Shown: positions 26,002 to 34,420 of the stretch, one piece after another | How positions within the stretch are numbered: position 1 is the stretch's first letter | Layout: each line of letters begins with the position of its first letter | NCBI GenBank assembly: GCA_002687025.1 | Contig: NYZG01000444.1 | Location: 1-42,544, forward strand | Length of the DNA stretch: 42,544 nt | DNA from: Candidatus Poribacteria bacterium | Lineage (GTDB): Bacteria > Poribacteria > WGA-4E > GCA-2687025 | Direction of reading: 5' to 3' | Position numbers and translations under genes: made by a program | Notes under the pieces: model-generated | Seen by the model: the letters and a program-made list of their open reading frames with translations, nothing else | Database searches by the model: none | Told to the model about the DNA's origin: nothing

Positions 26002-29000
26002 ATGCGACGCGCCGTTGTCCGAGCGCTGCTCCTGATGTTCGCCGCCGTCGTCGTGGGCTGTTCGTCGCATCCGTCGGCACGCTCCCCGAGCGGGTCTAGC
26101 GAACCCGCGTCTGCCGCGGCTGCCGCGCCCGCCGCGTCGAAGGCGGATACTCAGCGGACGCTCATCAGCAACCGCGTCCGAGCGATATCGGCCGACGCGA
26201 CGAACGTGTGGATAGCCACCGACCGAGGCGTGTCCAGGCTCGTGCGGGCCACGGGCAATTGGATGCACTACACGCAGGACGACGGCCTCGAGTCCGACGA
26301 CGTGCGTGATGTCGTCGCCGACGACCGCGCGGTGTGGTTCGGCACGCGGGCAGGCGTGAACGTGTACGACGTGCAGGCGGACACGTGGCGCACGTTCCAG
26401 GAACGAGAGGGCGTCGGAGCCAACGACATCAACAAGATCGCGCTCGACGACCAGTACGTCTGGGTCGGCACCGCCTACAACGGCGTCAGTCGCTACGACC
26501 GGCGCACGGAGAGCTGGGCGGTGCGGAACCGCGGCGACGGCCTCTCTCAAGACGGCGTGACGGCGCTTGCCGTTGGTCGGGACTCCGTGTGGGTGGGCAC
26601 GTACCGCGGGGCCAATCGCTATGACAGCACGACCGATTCGTGGAACGTGTATCAACGGCAGGACGGCCTCGTGGAGGGCGCCACGGCCGCCATCGGCATC
26701 GCGGACAACCTCGTCTGGCTGGGCTCCGAAGATAGTGGCATCAGCGTATACGACGAGGTCAACAGATCGTTCGTGCAGACCTTCACGAAGTCCGACCTGC
26801 TCAACAGCGACGACATCACCGCGATCCTGAGCGACGGGTCGAGCATTTGGATCGGCGCGGGCAACGGCGGCGCTCAGCGATACATCCGCGCCGTCGACTC
26901 GTGGATTCAGTACACCACCGACGACGGTCTTGCCAGCAACCACGTGAGCGCCATCGCCGTCCACGGCGATGAGGTGTGGCTAGGGACGCGGGACAACGGC
27001 GTCAGCGTCTACGACAAGGTCCGCAACCGGTGGACTCACTACGCCAAGGCCGACTCCCCGCCGGAGGAGGAGATCGTCGACATCGCCGAAGACGCCGACG
27101 GCGCGGTGTGGCTCGCGACCCCTCGCGGCCTGTACCGCCACGAGCCGTCGACCGACGCATGGACGCGTTTTGGCAAGAGAGACGGCCTGCCGACCGAGTA
27201 CATCACAGCCGTGGAGACACGAGGCGACGTCCTGTGGGTGGGCACGTCACGCGGGCTCTCGCGGGCCCGACTGCGCGATGGGGCTCTTGTCGTCGAGGAA
27301 GTCGCCGCGGCCGGGCGCTACATCACGGCGCTCGCCCACGCCGCCGATGGGCTGTATGTCGGCGCCGATGACGGTCTGTACCAACGGGACGCGGAAGGCA
27401 TCGACCACGCACTGCCCGACGGCGCAGGTCAGCGCGTCCTCTCCCTGACGGCTGGCGAGCGCGGCGTCTGGGTGGGCGCGGAAGACGGCGCATACCTGGC
27501 CGGCTCGGAGCCCGGCCGCCTGACCCGCATATGGACTCGGAGCCCGGTGAACGACATGGCTGAGGCGAATGGCGCGGCATGGCTCGCGACCGACGATGGT
27601 CTGGTCCGACACGACTCGGAAACTGGGGTCACGATTATCCCCGTCGGTCACCGCCGCCGGCTGACGAGCGTTGTGCGCGGGGCGGATGGCAAGACGATAT
27701 GGCTCGGGTCGCCGTCCGGCTTGGGCTCCCTGGATAGTGCGACGCTGGAGGTCACTGCGGCGCCCGTCGCGGGGTTGTCGATTCGCTCCCTCGCGTCACG
27801 CGCAGACGGCGGCTTGTGGATAGGCGCGACGAACGGCCTCGCCCATCTCGATCCGACCGATGGCGTGGTCAGTCACGACGCGTACGTCGTCCGCGACCCC
27901 CTCGTCGAGGACAGCGCCGCCCACATCACGTACGACGGCGACTACATCTGGTTCTCGAACTGGGTCAAGTCGGTCAACGGCGCGATCGTCCGTCACGACC
28001 GCCGTGACGGGACATGGCGCCGGTTCACCCGCGAGACGATCCTAGGCACGACGCGCGCGAAGGCGCCGACCGAGGTGAAGCGCATCGTGGCCGCGAACGG
28101 ACGCGTCTGGTTCGCCACCGACTACGGCGTGCTGAGGTACGACCACGCGTCAGACGGCTGGCGTCATTACACGACCGCCGACGGCCTACAGTCGAACAAC
28201 GTGCGCACGCTGGCCGTCTCGGACAACGTGGCGTGGGTCGCCTCGGAGTTCTCGACACGCCTGAGCCGGCTCGACATCGCCAGCGACGAGTGGTCGCGCT
28301 TCCGGCCGTCGCGTCTCATCCACCCGCGCAACTATGTCTACGACATGAGCGCCGACGCCGACGGCGTGTGGCTCACGCTGAGCTCGTCGGGCGTACGGCG
28401 GTTCGGCGAGGATGGCTCCGAGACTGTCCACATGAAGGATGACGGCCTCGCGCAGACGGGCGCACGCTGGATCGAGGTCGAGGGCCACCGCGTCTGGGTC
28501 GCGCACTGGAATGGACGCGGGAACGGCGCGCTGTCGATGTACGACAAGCACACGGGCGTGTGGACCGTGTACTCCGACGGCGATGTGCTCGAACAGGACT
28601 TCGTCTCCAAGGTCGTCGTCGGCGATCAGTACGTGTGGATCCTCTACGACGAGTGGCAGGAGGGCAGCGTCACGGGGTACCACCGCAAGACGGGCGAGTG
28701 GCTCACCATACGCCCGCGGGAGGAATGGGGAGCGCAGGTCGTCGAGGCGTGGGAAGCGGGAGCCTTCCTTTGGCTCGCGGCCAGGCAGGGCGGCGTCCAT
28801 CGGTACCATCTCGCCTCGGGCACGTGGGCGCGGTTCAGCCAGGAGAACCATCTCCCCATCGACGTCGTCGGCGAGCGAGGCCTGAACGGCGACGACACCT
28901 ACGCGTGGATCGCGACGCCAGCGGGCATCGGCCGATACAACATAGCCTCCTGGACATGGACGATATTCCGCAGCCGCGAGCAGATGACCGGCGCCGAGGT

Positions 29001-30177
29001 CCGGGCCGTCGCTGTCGACGAGCGTTACGTCTGGACCGGCACGAGCGAAGGCATCTCGCGCTACGACAAGATGTACGGCGGCTGGCGGCCGGTACGCTGG
29101 TTCAGGACCATCGCACACGTTCGCGCGCTGACCGTCGATCCGCGCTACCTGTGGGTCGGCACGGGTCAGGGCGCCTACCGGTACGACAAGATCACCGACC
29201 GATGGTGGAACTTCCGCGTGTGGAACGGGCTACCGAGCGACACCGTGTCCGCTATCGCCGTAGACGAGACGGACGTGTGGATGGGCACGACCCGCGGCGT
29301 GGGCAAGTTCACGCGCCTATCCGATGATCGCAACGCGTGGGTGTCGTACACGGCGGCGATGGAACTCACCGCGGACGAGCTCGACCGGGAGTACTCAGAG
29401 ACGCTGGTGTACAACGACGTGTGGTCCATCGCCGCGCAGGGAGATGAGGTGTGGATCGGCACACGGCTAGGAGCCAGCCAATACCACGACCGACGCGACC
29501 TGTGGCGCACCTTCACGACGGAGAACGGGCTGGCCGACAACGTGATCAGCGCCGTCGCCGTCGATGGCGAGGACGTCTACTTCGCGCACAACGCGGGCGT
29601 GTCCGTCTACCACACGGGCGCCGACTCGTGGGACACCTACGCCAACTCCGATGGGGGCCCGCTGGTCAGCCAGCGCATCACCTCGGCGGTGGTCGGCGCC
29701 GAAGCCATCTGGTTCGGCACGTTCGACGCGGGCGTCATGCGTCTGGACAAGACCACGCGCGAGTGGACGCGACTGAGCGCCGTCGACGGTCTGCCGCACG
29801 ACAACGTCCTGTCTCTCGCGGTGGACGGCCCCGTGCTGTGGGTTGGTACTCAGCTCGGCCTCGCGCGGTACGACACGCTTACGCGGGGCGTCGCGACGTT
29901 CACGCCGTACGGCGACTCCGAGGACCTGCGACACATGGTCGTCACGACCGCTCCGAGCGACGCTTCGGGCGACGCGTCAGCCGAAGCGTCCGAGGGATAC
30001 GGCGGCCCGGTCGTCGGCAACCGGCAGAGCCGCAAGTACCACTTCCCGGGCTCGCCGACGGCCGATCTCGTGAAGCCGTCGAACCGCGTGCAACTCGGGT
30101 CCGTCCGCGAGGCAGAGGAAGCCGGGTACGATCGCGCGGGGAACTTCGCGGAACCTGGTGTTGAGCCCTCGCGCTGA
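26002..30177 (+). CDS. 1391-aa lipoprotein with about 29 'two-component regulator propeller' (Reg_prop) repeats. No TM, kinase or cyclase output. C-terminal Cys-less Ada-like motif.
   Basis: GGATGGAG upstream of the ATG. Lipobox MRRAVVRALLLMFAAVVVG|C. Repeats have the form VW[VI]GT..G[VL].RYD, e.g. VWFGTRAGVNVYD, VWVGTAYNGVSRYD, LWVGTGQGAYRYD. The repeat count was made by hand. The tail is KYHFPGSPTADLVKPSNRVQLGSVREAEEAGYDRAGNF. Confidence 0.9.
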   Translation: MRRAVVRALLLMFAAVVVGCSSHPSARSPSGSSEPASAAAAAPAASKADTQRTLISNRVRAISADATNVWIATDRGVSRLVRATGNWMHYTQDDGLESDDVRDVVADDRAVWFGTRAGVNVYDVQADTWRTFQEREGVGANDINKIALDDQYVWVGTAYNGVSRYDRRTESWAVRNRGDGLSQDGVTALAVGRDSVWVGTYRGANRYDSTTDSWNVYQRQDGLVEGATAAIGIADNLVWLGSEDSGISVYDEVNRSFVQTFTKSDLLNSDDITAILSDGSSIWIGAGNGGAQRYIRAVDSWIQYTTDDGLASNHVSAIAVHGDEVWLGTRDNGVSVYDKVRNRWTHYAKADSPPEEEIVDIAEDADGAVWLATPRGLYRHEPSTDAWTRFGKRDGLPTEYITAVETRGDVLWVGTSRGLSRARLRDGALVVEEVAAAGRYITALAHAADGLYVGADDGLYQRDAEGIDHALPDGAGQRVLSLTAGERGVWVGAEDGAYLAGSEPGRLTRIWTRSPVNDMAEANGAAWLATDDGLVRHDSETGVTIIPVGHRRRLTSVVRGADGKTIWLGSPSGLGSLDSATLEVTAAPVAGLSIRSLASRADGGLWIGATNGLAHLDPTDGVVSHDAYVVRDPLVEDSAAHITYDGDYIWFSNWVKSVNGAIVRHDRRDGTWRRFTRETILGTTRAKAPTEVKRIVAANGRVWFATDYGVLRYDHASDGWRHYTTADGLQSNNVRTLAVSDNVAWVASEFSTRLSRLDIASDEWSRFRPSRLIHPRNYVYDMSADADGVWLTLSSSGVRRFGEDGSETVHMKDDGLAQTGARWIEVEGHRVWVAHWNGRGNGALSMYDKHTGVWTVYSDGDVLEQDFVSKVVVGDQYVWILYDEWQEGSVTGYHRKTGEWLTIRPREEWGAQVVEAWEAGAFLWLAARQGGVHRYHLASGTWARFSQENHLPIDVVGERGLNGDDTYAWIATPAGIGRYNIASWTWTIFRSREQMTGAEVRAVAVDERYVWTGTSEGISRYDKMYGGWRPVRWFRTIAHVRALTVDPRYLWVGTGQGAYRYDKITDRWWNFRVWNGLPSDTVSAIAVDETDVWMGTTRGVGKFTRLSDDRNAWVSYTAAMELTADELDREYSETLVYNDVWSIAAQGDEVWIGTRLGASQYHDRRDLWRTFTTENGLADNVISAVAVDGEDVYFAHNAGVSVYHTGADSWDTYANSDGGPLVSQRITSAVVGAEAIWFGTFDAGVMRLDKTTREWTRLSAVDGLPHDNVLSLAVDGPVLWVGTQLGLARYDTLTRGVATFTPYGDSEDLRHMVVTTAPSDASGDASAEASEGYGGPVVGNRQSRKYHFPGSPTADLVKPSNRVQLGSVREAEEAGYDRAGNFAEPGVEPSR

Positions 30178-30187
30178 CGCTTCGGGC

Positions 30188-30775
30188 TCAGCCGTGGCCG
30201 GTCGCGGAAGGCCACGTCTCCGGCGAGAACGGCCATCCGATCCGGCGACAGATGTCCTCCCATCGGCCGGACATGTCGTCCGCGTACAGCAGCGGATGGA
30301 AGCCGACGCGCAGGTACGTCTTCAGCGCGGCGAGCCTGAAGTCCTCGCTGTAGAGGTCGATCTTCTCATACCCCGCCTCGATAAAGCGCGACACCACGGC
30401 CGCCGTCAGGGCCTTCCCGATCCCACGCCCACTATGCGCCGGGTCGCACGCGAGCCAACCCAGGTTCCCCCAGAAGGGGGTGACCCGCTTGTAGTTGTGC
30501 AGGCACATCGCCGTGCCGACGGCTATGTCGGTGTCCCGAGAGGCGACCACGAACCAACCGCGCGGGATGACCTTCGAGAGTGTTGGGCGCAAGCGGCCGC
30601 CGTCCCAGCCCGGCCAGCCGGCGAGGTCCATGATCTCGTAGAACCGACGCTCGTCGTCGGCGGGCGCGTACTCGCGAAGGACGTACTCGGCAGGTAGCTC
30701 CACGGTCGGAGGACACGCGACACGGGACGCCGGCCACACCATCCTCAACTGCGCTAGCGATTCGTCCCAGCCCAT
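30188..30775 (-). CDS. GNAT family N-acetyltransferase
   Basis: Acetyl-CoA motif A context CDPAHSGRGIGKALTAAVV. ATG 30775 lies 7 nt after the M14 gene stop. The Arg-rich 29-aa ORF extension is rejected. Confidence 0.8.
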   Translation of the reverse strand: MGWDESLAQLRMVWPASRVACPPTVELPAEYVLREYAPADDERRFYEIMDLAGWPGWDGGRLRPTLSKVIPRGWFVVASRDTDIAVGTAMCLHNYKRVTPFWGNLGWLACDPAHSGRGIGKALTAAVVSRFIEAGYEKIDLYSEDFRLAALKTYLRVGFHPLLYADDMSGRWEDICRRIGWPFSPETWPSATGHG

Positions 30776-30782
30776 GCCGCGC

Positions 30783-32435
30783 CTACGCCTCGCACGCGAC
30801 GGCGACCGACTGTGCGCCGCCCTTCTCACTGTGGATCTCGACGTCGCACGTCGCCGCCTCACCGAGACGCACGATCCACTCGGCTTTCTTGCGGCCTCCG
30901 TAGCCCGCGAGATGCCCGAGCTCCTGCTTCGGCGCGCCTGAGACGATCTCGGCGTCGGCCGGCAGTGAGATGGTCGCCGTGACCTGCTTCGCGACGCCCA
31001 GGTCCACCGCGCGACGCGTAATGCTCGTCGGGAGGTACCCGCTGTTCACGACCGCGACCGAGACTCGCCACACGCCGTCGCCAAGCGACTCCGTCTCATG
31101 CACGCTCGCGGAGACACGCGGCAGCGACTTGGCGTGTGCGAACGTGAAGTCGTGGATGTTCCGGCACGTCTCTTCGAGACACTCAAAGGGCGAGTTGTTC
31201 CCCAGCAACGGACGCCATCCTCCGAGCTCCACCGGGCCCAGTTGCGGATGCTCGAACGGCGTCCATCGAATGAACCCGTCCTGCTCCAGCGTCTCATCCG
31301 TCCAGCGCAGCATGTCCAGGTGCATCTGTTCTAGGCCCGCGTGGTCGCGCTCCTTCTCCATGCGGTTGACTTCCATCGGCTCGGGGTTCCCGCGCGCGCG
31401 CATGTCCCACAGTTCGTCGCAGTAGTAGAGGAGGCCGAGGTGGTGGTACGCCCACGCCGCGTGGTCGCCGTACGCCTCGTAGATGTTCTTGTACAGCTCG
31501 TTGTAGGAAAACATCGCGTAGCCGGTGCATTCCTTGCCGTAGTTCCCGATGTCGAGCAACCGCGCGACGTCCTCACGTGGAATGTCGTCGTCGCTTTCGC
31601 TGCACGGCACGCGGATGATCGCCTCGAACCCCGTGTGGAAGCTGTGCATCCCTCCGATATTCGGATGTGCCTTCACGAACTCCGCGATCGCGCGCGTCTC
31701 GGGCTCCGAGAACGGCCAATCTCCCGCGCCGCCCTGCTGAGACCCGATGCGCCAGTTCGACGGGAAGTTGCGATTGAAGTCGAGCCCCTGCTTCGCCGGC
31801 GCGCTTCTGACCTCCACGCCGTCGAAGTTGCGGATCGATCCTTCCTGATACACGCGATAGAACGGGCCGCCCGTGTGGGGTAACGTGTCGTTGAACTCGC
31901 GAGGGATCATCAGCCGGTCGTCGTGTTCCGACACCTTCCATCCACCGGTGTCGTCCTCGATTCGCATCTGGAGGATGCGGCCGTCGCCGTCCACGTCGTC
32001 CGGGTAGAGGCCGTCCTTCTCCTCCTCGTGCGGATACAGACGTGTCCCGCTACGCACGCGCCCCGGCGTGGACAGGCAATGCTCCACGCCGTCCGGGCTG
32101 ACCATCGGGATCAGGTAAAACGCCGTGGTGTCGAGCATCGCGGCTATCTCGGCGTCGTCCGCGTGGCCGCTCAGCAGTCGCCACGCGATGTAGAGACACG
32201 ACGTGCACGCCGTCACCTCGGAGCCGTGGATGTTCGCGTCGATGTAGAGCGCGGGCTTGTTCAGCGCCGCGCCCGTGTCCGCGTTCGTGACGGTGAGCGC
32301 CGGAATGTCGCGGCCCTCGTAGCTCTGCCCGATGACCTCGACCCGCGCGAGCGTGGGGAACTCGTCCGCGAGCTGCGCGAGCAGTGCCACCATCTCGTCG
32401 TAGCGGTAGTACTTGTCGAAGCGCGGCGCTTCCAT
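30783..32435 (-). CDS. M14 family zinc carboxypeptidase, cytosolic (no signal peptide)
   Basis: YYRYDEMVALLAQLADEFP...VIGQSYEGRDI...ALYIDANIHGSEVT (HxxE zinc motif). Confidence 0.88.
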   Translation of the reverse strand: MEAPRFDKYYRYDEMVALLAQLADEFPTLARVEVIGQSYEGRDIPALTVTNADTGAALNKPALYIDANIHGSEVTACTSCLYIAWRLLSGHADDAEIAAMLDTTAFYLIPMVSPDGVEHCLSTPGRVRSGTRLYPHEEEKDGLYPDDVDGDGRILQMRIEDDTGGWKVSEHDDRLMIPREFNDTLPHTGGPFYRVYQEGSIRNFDGVEVRSAPAKQGLDFNRNFPSNWRIGSQQGGAGDWPFSEPETRAIAEFVKAHPNIGGMHSFHTGFEAIIRVPCSESDDDIPREDVARLLDIGNYGKECTGYAMFSYNELYKNIYEAYGDHAAWAYHHLGLLYYCDELWDMRARGNPEPMEVNRMEKERDHAGLEQMHLDMLRWTDETLEQDGFIRWTPFEHPQLGPVELGGWRPLLGNNSPFECLEETCRNIHDFTFAHAKSLPRVSASVHETESLGDGVWRVSVAVVNSGYLPTSITRRAVDLGVAKQVTATISLPADAEIVSGAPKQELGHLAGYGGRKKAEWIVRLGEAATCDVEIHSEKGGAQSVAVACEA

Positions 32436-32460
32436 GTCGTCCTCTCCCGACCTGTCGACG

Positions 32461-34257
32461 TCAGACTCGCCCGACTTCCTTGGCGAGCGCCTTCGCTTCC
32501 TCGACGGCGTCGCGGATGAGATCGCAGCCCGCCTGCCAGAAGTCGCGCGAGGAGATGTCGAAGCCCATCCTGCTTACGAGTTCGGCCGGAGCCGCCGACC
32601 CACCAGCGCGAAGCAGGTCGAAATAGCTCGTCACGAACTCCCCGCCAACGCGCCTGTACTGGCCGTAGAGCGACAGCACGAGCAACTCCCCGAACGCGTA
32701 GGCGTAGACGTAGAACGGCACGCGGTACACGTGCGGGATGTAGAGCCACCACGACGCGTGCCCCTCGCCCAGCCTCAGCGAGTCGCCGAACATCTCCTGC
32801 ATCGTCTCCTGCCAGACGGCGGAGTACGCCTCGGCCGTCTGCTCGCCCTCCTCGCGGCGCAGTCGGTGGGCGCGCTGCTCGAATCGGTACATCGCGATCT
32901 GCCGGAACACCGTCGCGAACGTGTCCTCGATCTTCCCGCAGAGCAGCGCCAGTCGTTCGTCCGGGGACTCCAGGGTCCCGCGCAGCTTGTCGAACACGAG
33001 CATCTCGGCAAACGTGCTCGCCGTCTCCGCGAGCGGAAGAACGGGGTGGTAGTTCAGCAGCGACTGCTCCGCCGCCAAGACATCGTGGACGCCGTGGCCA
33101 AGCTCGTGCGCCAACGTCATCACGTCCCGCGGCGTGCCCATGTAGTTCATGAAGACGTACGGGTGCAGGTCCGGCGTGACGCCCGCGCAGTAGGCGCCGC
33201 CCTGCTTGTTGTCCGCCAACGCGGCGTCGATCCACCCACGGGTGAAGAACGGGTCGGCGGCGTCCCTGAGTCGTCGGTCGAAGCCGTCGAAAGAGTCCAA
33301 TACGAGCGTCCTCGCCTCGGCGAACGGCACGTTCGACGTCTCACCCGTGATGGGAGCGTAGCGATCGTAGTCGGTGAGCTCGTCCAGACCGAGCACTCGA
33401 CGCTTCAGGTCGTAGTAGTCCGCGACGATGTCGTAGTTCGCCACGCACGTGTCGACCACGGCCTCGACCACCTCGGGGGCGACTTCGTTGTCGAGATGCC
33501 GCGACGCCTCGGGCGTGTCGAATCCGCGCAGCCGGTCCTTGGTCTGCTTCTCGTGGAGAAGCGTGTTGAAGATGTAGGTGAGGACGTGCGTATCCTCTTG
33601 CAACCCGGCCGTGAGCGATTCCGCCGTCTTGCGGCGCAGCTCGCGGTCGGGGTCGTGGAACTTCGCGAGGAGTACGCTCTGCGTCAGCTCCTCGCCGTCG
33701 AATTCGTACTTGCGGCGTGCGCTCACCTCGTCGAACAGCCGCCCGAAGGCGCGCCCTCCGGTGTTCGCGGTCTCCTCGAGGATCTTCTCCTCGGCCTCGG
33801 TGAGCCGATGCTCCGCCAGGCGGCGCTCGTGCTCGACGTAGTGACGGTACTCGGCGAGGATCGGGTCGCCGATGATTGCGTCGTAAGTGTCCCGCGGGAT
33901 CGCGCCGAGTTCCAGATCGAAGAATATCAGATGGGTAGACGCCGCGGAGCTCGCTTCCCGAGCCCGCTGCATCAGCGCGCCTCTCGCGGCGTCACCCGTG
34001 TCCGTCGAGAAGAGAAGCTGCGCATACGACCCCGGCCGGTACTGCCGCTCCAGCAGCGCCTCGTACTCCCGGAGCGCCGTGAGCAAGACATCGGCCTTCA
34101 GCTCTGATGTCGCGATGCGACCCTTGTATTGCTCCTCGAAGGACCGGGCTCGGTCGCCCATGTCCGCCAAGTCTCGGGTCAGCTCCGGGTCGTCTGCCCC
34201 GGAGTATAGGTCGGACAAGTCCCAGGTAGGTAGCTCGACGGAGTGGGCTTCGCTCAC
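32461..34257 (-). CDS. pepF: Oligoendopeptidase F (peptidase M3B)
   Basis: HEXXH in AHELGHGVHD. N-terminus ...LPTWDLSDLY is typical of the family, and the size (598 aa from GTG 34257) fits. The 60-aa extension to ATG 34437 has poor third-position GC and is rejected. Confidence 0.85.
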   Translation of the reverse strand: MSEAHSVELPTWDLSDLYSGADDPELTRDLADMGDRARSFEEQYKGRIATSELKADVLLTALREYEALLERQYRPGSYAQLLFSTDTGDAARGALMQRAREASSAASTHLIFFDLELGAIPRDTYDAIIGDPILAEYRHYVEHERRLAEHRLTEAEEKILEETANTGGRAFGRLFDEVSARRKYEFDGEELTQSVLLAKFHDPDRELRRKTAESLTAGLQEDTHVLTYIFNTLLHEKQTKDRLRGFDTPEASRHLDNEVAPEVVEAVVDTCVANYDIVADYYDLKRRVLGLDELTDYDRYAPITGETSNVPFAEARTLVLDSFDGFDRRLRDAADPFFTRGWIDAALADNKQGGAYCAGVTPDLHPYVFMNYMGTPRDVMTLAHELGHGVHDVLAAEQSLLNYHPVLPLAETASTFAEMLVFDKLRGTLESPDERLALLCGKIEDTFATVFRQIAMYRFEQRAHRLRREEGEQTAEAYSAVWQETMQEMFGDSLRLGEGHASWWLYIPHVYRVPFYVYAYAFGELLVLSLYGQYRRVGGEFVTSYFDLLRAGGSAAPAELVSRMGFDISSRDFWQAGCDLIRDAVEEAKALAKEVGRV

Positions 34258-34269
34258 GCTGATGGATTC

Positions 34270-34299
34270 CTGCTGGATGGGTGGCTGCTGGATGGGTGG
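34270..34299. repeat. Exact 15-bp tandem duplication (CTGCTGGATGGGTGG x2, partial third copy)
   Basis: 34270-34284 equals 34285-34299. It lies 13 nt upstream of the preferred pepF start on the minus strand. It would read PPIQQPPIQQ if the longer ORF were real. Confidence 0.9.
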
Positions 34300-34392
34300 C
34301 TGCTTGCTGCGCCGTGTGCGCAGGGATACTATATGCCAACCCCTGGGTATAGGCGCAACCGCGTGGGGAGAATCCCGCACCGGCCGTGAACC

Positions 34393-34420
34393 TTGATCGG
34401 CCTGGCACGTTTGATACAAT
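34393..34420 (+). promoter_or_regulatory. Near-consensus sigma70-type promoter: -35 TTGATC, 16-nt spacer, extended -10 TGATACAAT
   Basis: Read directly; this is the strongest promoter-like string I found. It is an AT-rich island in GC-rich DNA, oriented toward the adhesin gene, whose signal-peptide start is at 34610. Confidence 0.45.

Noticed and set aside
25678-29118. Minus-strand ORFs 25678-26964 (428 aa) and 28186-29118 (310 aa), and other ORFs inside the propeller gene
   Set aside because: They lie opposite or out of frame to a gene with about 29 recognisable repeats. The first also spans the intergenic hairpin and the neighbouring gene, which is implausible for a real CDS.
32413-34107. 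564-aa plus-strand ORF
   Set aside because: Antisense shadow of pepF, which carries the HEXXH motif and a family-typical N-terminus.
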